64,000 nucleotides of DNA. Origin: Lama glama (Eukaryota). Under the pieces are notes generated by a model. The model was not told where the DNA came from. It saw nothing but the letters and a program-made list of their open reading frames with translations, and ran no database searches. Made by a program: the position numbers and the translations under genes. Below, piece by piece: positions 50,952 to 64,000 of the stretch (positions are counted from its first letter, which is position 1; every line of letters starts with the position of its first letter). The stretch is taken from contig CM052816.1 of NCBI GenBank assembly GCA_028534125.1, forward strand, positions 20,710,001 through 20,774,000, in the 5' to 3' direction.

Positions 50952-53900
50952 TTCCCTGCAGCTCCCCTAGAGCCAGCACCCTAGGTTAACACACCTCCAC
51001 TCATTCAACAAACACCAACTGAGAACCAGTTACTCACCAGGCACCATGCCGCACACTGGAAACAACAAAGGGTGCACAGAGAGATGAGGTGCCGCCTCTT
51101 CAGCATTCACAGTCGTGGGGGAGACTGACCACGTAAACCCCAGTCAGCCAGTGAGCACATACTCCCGGCGGTCCTGGGGAAGCCTTCGCTCATGCCTGTG
51201 GCCTGGGCTGAGCCTGGGTGTTGGCAGGAGGACAGACCCCCTCTGGGCTGCTCGAGCCACACTTGACTGTCCACAGCAGTCCTCTCTGGAGGTCAGTGGC
51301 TACTCAAGCATCGCTTCAAGTTGTAGGGACTCCTCTTTGATCAAGAGGACGGGTTCTGCAGGTCCTTGCAGAGTGACAAATCTGTCCTCTGAGGGGCTGA
51401 AAGGGAAGTGATCGGCACAGGAACGCCCCTGTGGATCTGGGGTCGGGGGTCAGCTGTGGAGAGCAGTAGGTTGCAGTGCGTGTGTGCATGCTCATCTTTA
51501 CTGCATGTACTCTTGAGGGTGTTTGTGCTCACCACTGATGCATCTGGTCCCTGCTTGGTCTGAATAATCAATGTGTGTGTTTGTGGGAGTGCAGACATCT
51601 CTGAGGACCTGCCATCACCAAGGCACTGCATCGCTCAGTGTTTGGGCCCACTGCGTTTGAATGATTATGCAGGTGGGATGTTAGGGTTAGTGAAATTCTG
51701 GGGGCCAGAGTCAAACAAGCATAGGGGGAAAGACTCTCTCCTTTACTTCATCCTCTTCAAATAGAGCCAAGAGTGCCCCTGAGAAGGGCAGAGGGAGAAA
51801 AGCTCTGAATAAATGTTCTAAACTGAGTTTTAACTTATAGCATTGACAGTACCTTTAACCTAACCTCTGAAATCACTCTGGAGTCCTTGTATCTAACATT
51901 TAGTCACAAAATAATCAGCACTGGTGGCTCATTTTCATATTACTTAGACCTGACTCACATGTATCACTATGACAACATCCTCCGTCTTCCCTCTGCTTAA
52001 ATGCTGTTTAATACTTAAGTCTCATTTAATTACTTTCTTTATTAAGGGCAGATACTTAGGAAAAGCTTTTTAAAAGGCAAAAAAATATCTTTAAGTAAAA
52101 TTGTCTCCTTTGCAAAGACAGATGTGCATCAATACAAAGAATGGTCTAATCTGGCATCTGTTTATTTCTGGAAGGAACCTTGATTTTGCTAATACATTTC
52201 TATGCATCAGAGAAAAAAAAAGCCATCCATAAAAAGACAATTACAGAGATGCAATCAAGCGTGATAGCAGTATTCAGACACATCTCGGAGAACCTTCAGG
52301 AGAGGAAGGATTGCAGGTTTTAGTTTTATGTAGCTCCTTATAAATCAGTTTTTAAAGTAATTTCCTCACACCCAATGAGGTAAATTTGATTTCTGTAGCC
52401 AGTGTTCATGTTCCAAAAAATAGTATGCACTTCTTTCTATAATTATATGGTGCCTATTGTTTTAGCCGAGAGACAATATTTTATTTAGTACAGAGTCAAG
52501 TTCTCCCCAGAGCCTAGGTCACAGGCTGGTAATGAGTTGGGTGCTTCATGTAGAGCCTTAATGCATCCAGCAGCCCTGCGTGTCCTTGAAAAGTGGCCGC
52601 TCCCCACTCCACATCTGAGTGATCACCCAAGAGGTATGCCTCTGCTCCCGGGAGCAGTTAGGAAAGACAGAGAGGTTAAGTGACTTCGTTAGGGGCTCAC
52701 GAGAGCTTTTCAGCCCAGTGCGGGATTACACGCACGGGCTCTGCCTGCTGCTCTGAGTTGAGCCGTCTCAGCCTTCCCAGGCCTGAGGACGCAGCACGGA
52801 GAAGGAGTCAGGCTGGGGAAGCGGGGACAAGACGTGAGACCACCTTGTTTGGACCCATGTGATTGGCAACATTTGGGGGCATAGGAAGACAGGAGGTGGG
52901 AGCCTCCGCTGTCAAACCCAAAGAACCAGAACCAGGGCACAGTCCCTGCAGAAAGCCTTGCTCAGCGCCTGGTCCAGTCCGCTCTATGAATATCTACTGA
53001 GGGCCCGCTCTGTGTTGGCCCCATACTAGGCCACACAGCAGTGAGCACCGGGCACGGGGGTCCCTGCCCTCCCCCATGGAGCTCCCAATTCTAGTCAGGG
53101 AGATAGGCAGCAAACGTATGCTGAGTGGTAGTAAGTGCGTGCCAGGTGCCCCGTGGAGTTACATATAGAGCCAGCAGATAACAGCTGAACAGACTTGAAG
53201 CCGGGGGGGGGGGGGGTGGGCGGGGAGCAAGCCAGACCAATAGCCGCAGGGGGTGCGGGGGCCAGCAAGTAGAATGTTTCTGAGGGGGCAGGATGCCAGG
53301 CAACGGCAAGGGGCCGCAGTGCTGGAGAGAAATGAGCAAGGAAGAGTGAAAGAAGTCAGGTGGAGAGGGGATGGCAGGTGGTCCCTGCAGACCCCCTAGG
53401 GCTGTGACTGTGGGTGAGGAGGGGTGTGGGCTGTGTGGAGGGCAGACCAAAGAGGGGCAGCAGTGGAGGTCTGTGCATCCCCAGACAAGCCTATGGTGCT
53501 GTAGCCCACGCCAGTAGCAGTGGAAGGGGTGAGAGATCAGACTGAATAAATTGTGCAAGAGAGCTCTACATTATCACCCTTTGGGGATGGGTTTATAGTT
53601 TTCAGGGTTTTTTTCTGAGGCTTAAACAAGGCGCTCTGTGTCAAGTTTCCCAGCACACAGTCAGCTCATGAGGATGGCGAGCTGCAATTATTTCTGGGCA
53701 TCAGTCTGCTGTTGATCTGTGGGAACCTTGGCCTTGGAGCTCTTCTCAGTCAGAGGAGTGCAGTAATCGCAACCCCATCTCGGTGGCAGCAGGAGGAAAG
53801 GGTACCAGACCCTGAGACTGGCTTCAAGGGTTCTCCTGCTAGGAAGGGCTTGGGGGTATAAAGGCTCAGGAAGGCAGATGGAGGGAAAATGCCAGGGGAC

Positions 53901-54799
53901 CCCCTGCACCAGACTCCCTGCAAACAGCTCTGGTGTTGCCCTTTGAGACAGTCTGTCCTGGAACCAAGCAAGTGAGGTGTTGAGGGGCCCCCAGGGTGGA
54001 GGCTGCACCCAGCTCCCCAGCCCTCTTTCAAGATACCACTCCGCCACGGAGACTGCAAGCAAAACATGTTTTCCTGCCGACTTCGTTTTTGACCCAGGAA
54101 ACAGCTTAGATTAGAAATATGTCAGCCCCAGAATCGACTAACCATTAACTTTTCGTAAGCAACTCCGGTATGAACCCTTTATGACTCTGTTATGACACAG
54201 GACAAATCACCTATCTGGTGTTTTATTTTTATTACTGAAGCTTCCACCAAGTGATAGGAATGGGGCTTTTTAAAGCAGAGCAATGTCTCAGAGAAAACTC
54301 TAAGGGTTCCAGCAGCCTTCTCCAATATTTTGCTCCATTGGGAGCACTTCTGAGCGTTTTCTGTCTGATACTGAGAGCAGGTTCTATGCAGCCCCTCTCC
54401 CGCTTCCAGCTTGTGCCCTAAGCCAAACCTCTCCTGGGCCTGTTCCCCCTCACTGGGGAAACAACTTTAAAGCCAGAAACAACTTTAAAGGACTCATGAT
54501 GGTTGTGGCCAGGCCTCTAGGGTATGAGCAAGGCAGAGGGCCAGCGTTTCAGGGAGCAGGAGCACGAAGGCAAACAAGGACCAGGAGATGCCCTTGGACG
54601 ACCCCGTGCCACACTGACCGGTGGCCTTCCAACCCTCCTGCTGCCAGATTGCTTCTGTGGGAAAAAGGAAGCCTAGGATGGGCAGGGGGATCGGCAGGTG
54701 GGATGGGTTGGTGTTGTCTCCAGGGGGTCATGAGGAGTTTTGCATCTTCTGGTAATGATAAGAAAACTAGTGTCCCTTATGTATGTCCTGCTCCCCTCA

Positions 54800-54985
54800 T
54801 TGGAAAATGTACTCACAGGCATTCTCTTGCCAGATCTCCGCAACACCCCACAAGGTAGACAGGGCATATCAATTGTCTGCAACTTACAGACGAGGAAACC
54901 AGAGCCCAGAAGGATGACGGGCCATTTGGTCAGTGACAGAGTTCTAGGTAAAACCTGAGTCTCCTGAGTGCGAGCTCTTGGCTTC
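54800..54985 (-). mobile_element. MIR SINE
   Basis: ctccgcaacaccccacaaggtagac..caacttacagacgaggaaaccagagcccaga. Confidence 0.65.
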
Positions 54986-55531
54986 CCCGTCAGTCCTCAC
55001 AGCCGACACCACCCAGTCCTGTTTGTCACCAGTGAGCCAGGACCTCCTCTGTCCCGTCAGCTGTGACACCACACCTCAGAGATGTTTGGTAGCCAAAGCC
55101 AAACCTAAAGAGGGGTCTCCCTGAAACACCAGGTAATTCCATTCCCTGGCATGTCTGCAGTGGTGCCTGGATGGAGCCAGCACTGTGCGTGGTTCTGCAG
55201 GAAGGAATGCAGTCCGCTGGAAAGGCCTGGGGGAGTGCTCTGACCGGCCCACAGCCCTCTCCTGCCCATTCCCCCGCCCCCTCCTAGCCATCCCCTATGC
55301 TGGCCCAATAGGCTCCCACCTTGTGAGGCTGCAGAGGTCACAGGGACAAGGCTGACTAAGCCATTTCTCGTGGGACCCCTGGCATCGGCCCCTCCCACCT
55401 CTCTTTTATGTCCCTGCCCTTGTTTTCTGTTTGCCCTCATTTTCTTCAGAATTCTATTTCCCTTCTCTTGGGTTATCCAGATCTCTGCAAGCTGCCTGCA
55501 GTTATTTTGGGGATGGAGGTGAGATCTCAAC

Positions 55532-55748
55532 CAGTGGTAGGCAAACTACAGCCCGTGGGCCAAATCCAGACCACCACCTTTTTTAAAAACTAAAGTTTCA
55601 TTGGAACATAGTGATATCCATCAATTTAGGCACCTGTATGGCTATTTTCATGCTACAAGGCAGGGGTGAGTACTTGATGGAAACCCTATGGCACACAAAG
55701 CCAAAATATTTGCTCTCTGGTCCTTTAAGAAAAAGTTTCCCAGCCCTG
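55532..55748. mobile_element. MER58A hAT-Charlie MITE, full length
   Basis: cagtggtaggcaaactacagcccgtgggccaaatccag..taaagtttcattggaaca..aaagccaaaatatttgctctctggtcctttaagaaaaagtttcccagccctg. Confidence 0.9.
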
Positions 55749-55860
55749 GAGGAGGCCTCGCTCCAGAGCTTCTCAGCAGGTGGATAAGAGCCCCCAGCAA
55801 ACCAGTGAATCAGCAGCCAGATTAACAGGAGGGGCAGGTGAGCCCAGTTGTAGAAATTGA

Positions 55861-56268
<408 letters not shown>

Positions 56269-58739
56269 TAGTAAATGGCTCCATGCATGTCGCCCCCAAA
56301 AGCGCTCCCCAAATGATGCTCAGAACAACCCTCCTTCCCCTCCTGCATTCGCTGTTTTTAATACCTGATCCCAAAGTATCCCATCTCTCCCATGAGTAAA
56401 GGGCGCTGGGCAAGGGGGTGGGGGTGGGGCAGAGGCAGAGTCTGCCCACTCATTTCCAGGTCTGGCTTCACCCAAAGCCTCCGCTGATGAAGTGAGTCCA
56501 GGTGGGAGGGCTTGAGTCATTTAGGTGAGTCAGGCCTAGCAGCTCCAGCAGGCCCCTGTGGAATGTGGAGTGTGCCCTGCAGGTGACGTGCTGGCTAGTG
56601 AGAAGCAGACACTGTCTAGAACACACCCCTCCTCCTTCAGGTGCTGTGGACCTGTATCACTTGTCCAGTTGGGAGGCCTTACTCCCTCCGACAGGGGCTG
56701 GTTCTCATTTCGCTCCCCGAGAGGCTCAACAAGCCTCAGCTTGGGCCCAGCCAAGCAGAACCTCAGCAGGCTTAGCAAGTTCGTCTTTGCTACTCAAAAG
56801 TCAGGACTCCTAGAAATTAGGAAGAATTAACCCCTGCTGATGACCGCATAACAGTTACAACAGCCAGCCTGTCCTGCGCACTTTCCCTGGCCAGTCCCTG
56901 GGCTAGCACAGCACGTGGACTCTCCGAGTCGGTATACTTTAACCCACCGTAGGGACGAGTCTCTCGGTAAGGTCATTTGCCTGGGGTCACACCACTGGTA
57001 GATGCCATGCTAGACCCAGGGCTTGTGCTCTGACCTCTGTCACACTGCTGGCCACTCCAACCATCACAACAAACAAGCTGTCACAGTGCCACGGCAGATT
57101 AGCACCTCAGGGCAATCAGACGTGTCCAGCCAAGCCCAGCTGAGCATCATTGCTATCACCCAACAGGCTTGAGCAGGGTGTCCGTGCAGCAGGGAATGAT
57201 GTGAAAGCTCCCAGATCCTTTGTGCCTGCTGGTGTCTACGCCTTCAGTTCTGAGATGAAGTGAGCACGGTGTCAAGAATGATTACATCATAAGGTTCCAT
57301 GTCACTGACCTCTAAGATCCTGGGTGACAGTCGTTTAAGGACAAAGGAATGAGCTCAGTTTTCTCTGCATTTGTTCTGTAGGATGTTTTAGGGACTTTTA
57401 TGTTCATGCATGCCTAAGCCATATTTTATTAGTATTTCCCTGAGCTGGGACATACTTAAGTTGAGTGGGGAGGGGGTTGTGGCTGTGCTTGTTGGCTTGA
57501 ATCCAGGCGTACAATGAAGTTTCTGTATTTCATCAGAAAGAACCCAGGGGTTCCTAGCTCCTAGTTAAAGAGGGCTTTACCATCCACAGCTGGCAAGCTG
57601 TGCCCAGCAGCGTATAATGTCCGTGAATGTGTGGTTGCAGAACAACTCCACGTGGTTTGGCCCAGGTCCCTCCGGTCCTCAGACCAGCCCAGGAAAGGGA
57701 ATCACCCAGTGGTCCCAGAACCTCAGTCCAGCCCTTTGCATCCTGCCCCTACCTCATAAGAACCAAAGGCACAAGGAGAGGACTTGAGCCTGGTCCCCTT
57801 CATTTCCTCCAGAACAAATCTGTGGGGAGGGGAGGGAAGTCACCTGTCCAGGACCCAGAGTAACTCACGGGTAGGGGCCTGTCCTCACCTCGGGCTTCTG
57901 GAAGAGAGTCTGTGGTCTGAAAACCTTCAGTACATTAATGGCAGGTGCACGGTGCTGGGAGGGCCCTTGGGCCCGTGTTAGCCCAGAATTCTGAGGCAGA
58001 GCTCATGGTGTGAATGAACCAGTTCTGCACTCCTGGCGCCAAATCTGGGCGTGACGCCCAGGCCCATAGACAGTGAGATGTTGCTGGGCCCAGGGGAGAC
58101 AATGGGCTGCTCCCTGTGGCTACCTGGGCGGGAGGTAGACTGCAGCTGGCCCTGGGGGGTCCTGTTTGAGCCTCGCCCTTCACTCCCACCTCACCACACC
58201 CACTGCCCAGCAGTTATCAAGAGGCTGCTTTGGGCCCTGGGGAGTCTAACCAGAAAAACCTCCACCACTGAGATCCAGAGAGAGGCCCACTTGAGACCTA
58301 TTTCCTAATTGCTGAGAGATTTACGACTTCTCTCCCAGCCTGAGTACTGGAGTCAGGCAGCAGCACGCTGGGACCTCCATGTTCTGTGGTGGGTTTTCTC
58401 CCTCATTACGGCGCTCACTGTGCTCGGCTCCCGAAAGCTGGGCTGGGCCGGGCCACTTGGATGGTCCTAGCTTCACAGGCACCTGAGGTCTCTGGGCTGG
58501 GCTGACCTCCATGTTCTTGGGGGTGGCATTTGGGTTCATTCACCAGCTCCCTCACAGGAGCACTGTACTAAAGTAAAGCTGGTGTTGCCTCCCAAAGACA
58601 GGGGTCTGTTGCCTGCTGACCCCGGAATAAGTTTTCAAAGTATTCCAGAAGTTAATCTTGCTGTGTTGACTGAGAACAAAAACTGTCATACCTGTGTCGG
58701 AAGGTGTGGTTGAAAATAGAATGGTATGAAAGACACAAT

Positions 58740-58885
58740 TACAATAGGAACACCTACTGAGTACCTGCTGGGCACCACTCCTGTTTCACAGATGAGGAAA
58801 CGGGCTCAGAGAGGTTAGGTGATTTGCCCCAGACCTCCAGCCCTATAGTTAGTAACTGCACAACAGATCTTGACACCAAAGCCTC
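58740..58885 (-). mobile_element. MIR SINE abutting the L1 tail
   Basis: cctgtttcacagatgaggaaacgggctcagagaggttaggtgatttgccc..tgacaccaaagcc. Confidence 0.75.
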
Positions 58886-59234
58886 TTTTGTTTTTAATTT
58901 AATTTTATTTTTTTCTTATATATATATTTTATTGAAGTATAGTCAGTTTACAGTGTTGTCAGTATCTGGTTGGTATACAGCACAATGCTTCAGTCATACA
59001 TGAACATACATATATTCGTTTTCATTCTTTTTTTTACCATAATTTACTACAAGATATTGAATACAGTTCTTGTACTATACAGTATGAACTTGTTTATCTA
59101 TTTTATATATATTGGTTAATATCTGCAAATCTTGAAGTCCCATTTTATCCCTTCTCACCCCCTTGCCCCGCTGGTAACCATAAGTTTGTTTTGCAATCTG
59201 TGAGTCTGTTTCTGTTTTGTAAGTTTGTCCTTTT

Positions 59235-62200
59235 TTAGATCCCACATATAAGTGATACCATGTGGTATTTTTCTTTCTCTTTCTGGCTTACTTAGAATGA
59301 CAATCTCCAGAGCCATCCATGTTGCTGCAAATGGCATTATTTTATTAGTCCTTATGGCTGAGTAGTATTCCATTGTATAAATGTACCACAACTTCTTTAT
59401 CCAGTTATCTGTTGATGGACAATTTAGGTTGTTTCCATGTCTTGGCTGTTGTAAAAGGTGCTGCTATGAATATTGGGGTGCATGTATCTTTTTGAATTAA
59501 GGTTCCCCCTGGATATATGCCCAGGAGTGGGATTGCTGGATCATATAGTAGGTCTATTTTTAGTCCTTTGAAGAATCTCCATACTATTTTCCATAATGGC
59601 TGCACCAAACTACATTCCCACCAACAGTGTAGGAAGGTTCCCTTTTTCTCCACACCCTCTCCAGCATTTGTCATTTGTGGACTTTTGAATGATGGCTAGT
59701 CTGACTGATGTGAGGTGATACCTCATTGTAGTTTTGATTTGCATTTCTCTGATAATTAGCAATATTGAGCATTTTTTCATGTGCCTATTGGCCACTTGTA
59801 TGTCTTCATTGGAGAATTGCTTGTTTAGGTCTCCTTCCCATTTTTGGATTGGGTTGTTTGTTTGTTATTAAGTTGTATGAGCTGTTTATATATTTTGGAA
59901 ATTAGGCCCTTGTCAGTCTCATTTTTAGCAAATATTTTCTCCCATTCTATAGGTTGTCATGTTGTTTTGCTTATGGTTTCCTGTGCTGTGCAAAAGCTTA
60001 TAAGTTTAATTAGGTCCCATTTTTTTCTATTTTCGCTCTTATTTCTAGACAGCCCTAGGAGAACATTGCTGAGATTTATGTCAGAGAATGTTTTGCCTGT
60101 GTTTTCTTCTAAGAGATTTATAGTGTCTTGTCTTATGTAGAAGTCTTTAAGCCATTTTGAGTTTATCTTTATGTGCGGTGTGAGGGAGTGTTCTAACTTC
60201 ATTGATTTACATAGCTGTCCGGTTTTCTCAACACTGTTTGCTGAAGAGACTGTCTTTTCTCCATTGTATATTCTTGCCTCCTTTGTTGAAGGTTAATTGA
60301 CCACAGGTCTGTGGGTTTATTTCTGGGCTCTCTATTCTGTTCCATTGATCCATATGTCTGTTTTTATGCTAATACCTTGCTGTTTTGATTACTGTAGCTC
60401 TCTAGTATTGTCTGAAGTCTGGGAGGATTATTCCTCTAGCCTTGTCCTTTTACAATATTGTTTTGGCAATTCTTGGTCTTTTTTAACTCCATATAAATTT
60501 TAGGATTGTTTTTTCTAGTTCTGTGAAGAATGTCCTAGGTAATTTGATGGGGATCACATTAAATCTGTAGATTGTCTTGGGCGTGTGGCCATTTTAATGT
60601 TATTGATTATTCCAGTCCAAGAGCATGGGATATCTTTCCATTTCTTTAAGTCATCTTCAATTTCCTTAGTCAGTGTTTTGTAGTTGTCCATGTATAATTA
60701 TTTCACCTCCTTGGTCATATTTATTCATAAATATTTTATTGTTTTGGATGTTATTTTAAAAGGGATTGTTTCTTTACTTTCCTTTTGTGATATTTCATTG
60801 TTAGTGTAAAGAAATGCAACTGATTTCTGTATGTTAATCTTGTATCCTGCTACCTTGCCAAATTCTTTTTATCAGCTCTAGTAGTTTTTGTGTGGAGCAT
60901 TTATCTTTTTCTATGTATAGTATCATGTCATCTGCATATAATGACAATTTTACTTCTTCAGTTCCAATTTGGATCCCTTTTGTTTCTTTTTCTCGTCTAT
61001 TTGCTATGGCTAGGGCTTCCAATCCTATATTGAATAGAAGCAGTGAGAGTGGGTATCCTTGTCTTGTCTTGTTGCAGATTTAGTGGGAAGGCTTTCAGTT
61101 TTTCACCATTGAGTACTATGCTAGCTGTGGGTTTGTCATAAATACCTCTTATCATGTTGAAATATGTTTCCTCTATGCCCACTTTGGTGAGAGTTTTTAT
61201 TGTAAATGGGTGTTGAATTTTATCAAGTGCTTTTTCTGCATCTATTGAGATAATCATGTGATTTTTGTCCTTTCTCTTGTTGATATGGTGTATCATATTG
61301 ATTGACTTGCTGTGTATGTTGAACCATCCTTGTGTCCCTGGGATAAATCCAACTTAATCATGGTGTATGATCTTTTTTATGTGCTGTTGGATTCTGTTTG
61401 CTAAAATTCTGTTGAGGATTTTTGCATCTGTGTTCATCAAGTGACACTGACCTGTAATTTTCTTTTTTGGTAGTGTCTTTGTCTGGTTTTGGTATCAGGG
61501 TGATGGTGGCTTCATAGAATGAATTTAGGAGTACTCCCTCCTTTTCAGTCTTTTGGAAGAGTTTGAGAAGGCCCAGTATGAGTTCTTCTTTGTATGTTTG
61601 ATAGAATTCCCCAGTGAAGCCATCTGGTCCTGGACTTTTGTTTTCAGGGAGGTATTTTATTGCTAATTCTATTTTATTTCTAGTGATCCTATGTTCAAGT
61701 GGTCTATTTCTTCTTGATTCAGTCTTGGTAGTCTGATGTTTCCAGAAACTTGTCCATTTCTTCTAGGTTGTCCATTGTGTTTCCATATAGTTGTTCCTAG
61801 TATTCTCTTATGGTTTTTGTATTTCTGTGGTATTGGTTGTAATTTCTGCATTTTCCTTTCTTATTTTGTTTTTTTGTGTGTGTGTTCTCTCTCTTCTTAT
61901 TGGTGAGCCTGGGCAGAGGTTTGTCAGTTTCAAAAAAAAAATCAGCTCTTGGTTTGATTGATATTTTTTCTATTTTTAATCTCTATTTATTTCCTCCCTG
62001 ATCTTTATTATTTCCTTCCTTCTGCTGACTTTTGCTTTTGTTTGCTCTTCTTTTTCTAATTCTTTTAGGTAATAGGTTAGGTTGTTTACTTGAGATTGTT
62101 CTTGTATTTTGAGGAAGGCCTGTATCGCTATAAACTTCCCTCTTAGCACTGCTTTTGCTACACCCAATAGATTTTGTGTGGTTGTGTTTTCATCGCCATT

Positions 62201-63025
62201 TGTCTCAACATATTTTTTAATTTCTTCTTTGATTTTGTCATTGACCCATTGGTTTTTTGGTAGAATATTGTTTAATCTCCATGCTGTTGTTTTTTTCTCC
62301 TTTGTTTTTCTGTGGTTGATTTCTAGTTTCATGGCATTGTGATCACAAAAGATATTTGAAATAATTTCTATCCTCTTAAATTTGTTGAGGCTTCTCTTGT
62401 GCCCGAGTACATAATCTATCCTAAAGAATGTTCCATGTGCACTTGAAAAGAATATATATTCTGTTTTTGGGGGGATGTAATGTCCTAAAAATATCAACCA
62501 AGTCTAACTGTACTATTGTGTCATTTGGCATCTCTGTTGCCTTATTGATTTTCTGTCTAGAAGACCTGTCCAATGATGTTAATGGGGTGTTAAAATCTCC
62601 TACTATGATTGTGTTCCCATCAATTTCTCCCTTTATGTATGTTAGTATTTGTTTTATATATTTAGGTGCTTCTATATTGGGTGCATATATGTTAATAAGT
62701 ATAATATTCTCATCTTGTATTACTCCTTTAATCATTGTGTAGTGTCCTCCTTTATCTTTTTCTATGGCCTTTGTTTTAAAGTCTGTTTTGTCTGAAATCA
62801 GTACTGCTACTCCTGCTTTCTTGTCATTTCCATTTGCATGAAATATTTTTTCCATCCTCTCATTCTCAATCTGGGTGTGTCCTTCTCCCTAAAGTGGGTC
62901 TCTCGTATGCCACATATTGTAGGTTCTTGTTTAATTATCTAATCTACCACTCTGTGTCTTTTGATTGGAGCATTTAGTCCATTGACATTTATGGTAATTA
63001 TTGATAGATGTATGTTTATTGACAT
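59235..63025 (-). pseudogene. L1 ORF2 (endonuclease/reverse transcriptase), disrupted by stops and frameshifts
   Basis: Starts MSINIHLSIITINVNGLNAPIKRHRVVD*. EN motifs NIYAPN and IIVGDFNTPL; RT motifs [16 protein letters not shown] and [10 protein letters not shown]-terminal [15 protein letters not shown]; ends ..KYHMVSLICGI* (TAA at 59237-59235). Split across many ORF-track fragments in different frames. Confidence 0.95.
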
Positions 63026-63419
63026 TTTGAACTTAGTTTTCCACTTGATTTGGTATTTCCTCTTTGTTCCTTCCTTTTTCTTTTTCTTTTTGTGGTTTGA
63101 TAATTTTCTTTTGTATTATCTTGGTTTCTTTTTGGTTTTTATGACTCTATTGTATGCCTTGGATCTGTGGTTACCCTGTTTTACGAATGTATTAACCCAT
63201 TACTACATCTGTTTGCTTTAAACTGATAGTTATATAAGCTCAAAGGCATCCTAAAAAGAATGAAAAAAAATTTTAATCTGTATTTTCTTGCTCCCCTTTC
63301 CCACTTTTAATGATTTTGATGTCCTCTTTTACATCTTCATGTTTATTTTGTTGTAGCTGTAGTTATCGCCTTTCCAATTATGGTTTTCTCCTTTCTATAG
63401 CACCCGGCTTCTTTTCTAT

Positions 63420-64000
63420 TTAGAGTAGACCTTTCAATATTTCTTGCAGCATAGGTTTATTATTGCTGAATTCTTTCAGTTTTTGCTTGTCTGTGAAATT
63501 CTTTCTCTCTCCTTCTATTCTAAAGGATAGCCTTGCTGGATAGAGTATCCTAGGTTGCAGCTTTTTTTCATTCAGGACTTTGAATATATCCTGCCACTCC
63601 CTTCTGGCCTACAAAGTTTGTGTTGAGAAATCAGCTGAAAGCCTTATGGGGGTTCCCTTGTAACTGACTCTTTGTTTTTCTCTTGCTGCCTTTAGAATCA
63701 TTTCTTTATCTTTAACCTTGGCCATATTAATTATAATATGTCATGGTGTAGGTCTGTTTGGGTTCTTCTTGTTGGGAACCCTCTGTACTTCCTGTACTTA
63801 GATATCTGTTTCCTTCTTCACATTTGGGAAGTTTTCAGTCATGATTTCTTCAAATTCCTTTTCAATCCCCTTTTCTCTTTCTTCTTGTGGAATCCCTATT
63901 ATGCGTAGGTTGGCACACTTTATATTATCTCATAGATCCCTTATATTGCTTTCATTGGTTTTTACTTGCTTTTCTGTCTGCTGTTCTGATTGGGTGACTT
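63420..64000 (-). pseudogene. L1 ORF1 C-terminal part (RRM and CTD), with in-frame stops
   Basis: Manual minus-strand translation: ..NESNIRDL*DNIKCANLRIIGIP..IMTENFPN..RPTP*HIIINMAKVKDKEMILKAAREKQRVSYKGTPIRLSADFSTQTL*ARREWQDIFKVLNEKKLQPRILYPARLSFRIEGERKNFTDKQKLKEF..LKGLL*. Confidence 0.95.

Larger units (their letters stand above)
58886..64000 (-). mobile_element. LINE-1, decayed, >=5.1 kb, 5' part beyond the window edge; antisense to FSTL4
   Basis: On the minus strand: ORF1 C-terminus, 394-nt spacer, ORF2 (EN, RT, C-terminal Cys motif), 3' UTR ending ...GACTATACTTCAATAAAA plus an A-rich tail (T-rich 58886-58932 on +). Confidence 0.98.

Noticed and set aside
58372..58517. 14-bp direct repeat GACCTCCATGTTCT 132 bp apart
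   Set aside because: Only two copies, flanks do not align well, and the intervening sequence is not a recognisable insertion.
59517..63221. Plus-strand hydrophobic ORFs over the L1
   Set aside because: Antisense translations of A-rich L1 sequence.

Overview
Mammalian, GC-rich, almost entirely intronic DNA from the middle of FSTL4 (follistatin-like 4) on the + strand. Only two coding exons are present, 42788-42954 (167 nt) and 56146-56266 (121 nt). They splice in frame to encode the first Ig-like domain; exon numbering (7 and 8) is recalled from the human gene. The rest is intron holding old eutherian repeats (MIR, L2, L3/CR1, L1M, MaLR/ERVL LTRs, hAT MITEs) and a few younger insertions: a tRNA-Ala(AGC)-derived SINE of the camelid type (suggesting camel/alpaca/llama), a CpG-retaining 489-bp solo LTR, a short L1 3' end nested in a MIR, and a decayed L1 of at least 5.1 kb, antisense to FSTL4, running off the right edge. 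Nearly all six-frame ORFs are chance ORFs. I found no evidence for a novel multi-gene system. The best leads are small: an RGD motif in the Ig domain, possible truncating or poison splice and polyadenylation events around both exons, the sense-oriented solo LTR, polyA and splice signals in the long L1 inter-ORF spacer, and several AT-rich homeobox-motif islands that resemble enhancers. Repeat family names come from recalled consensus sequences, not a database search, and boundaries of old repeats are approximate.
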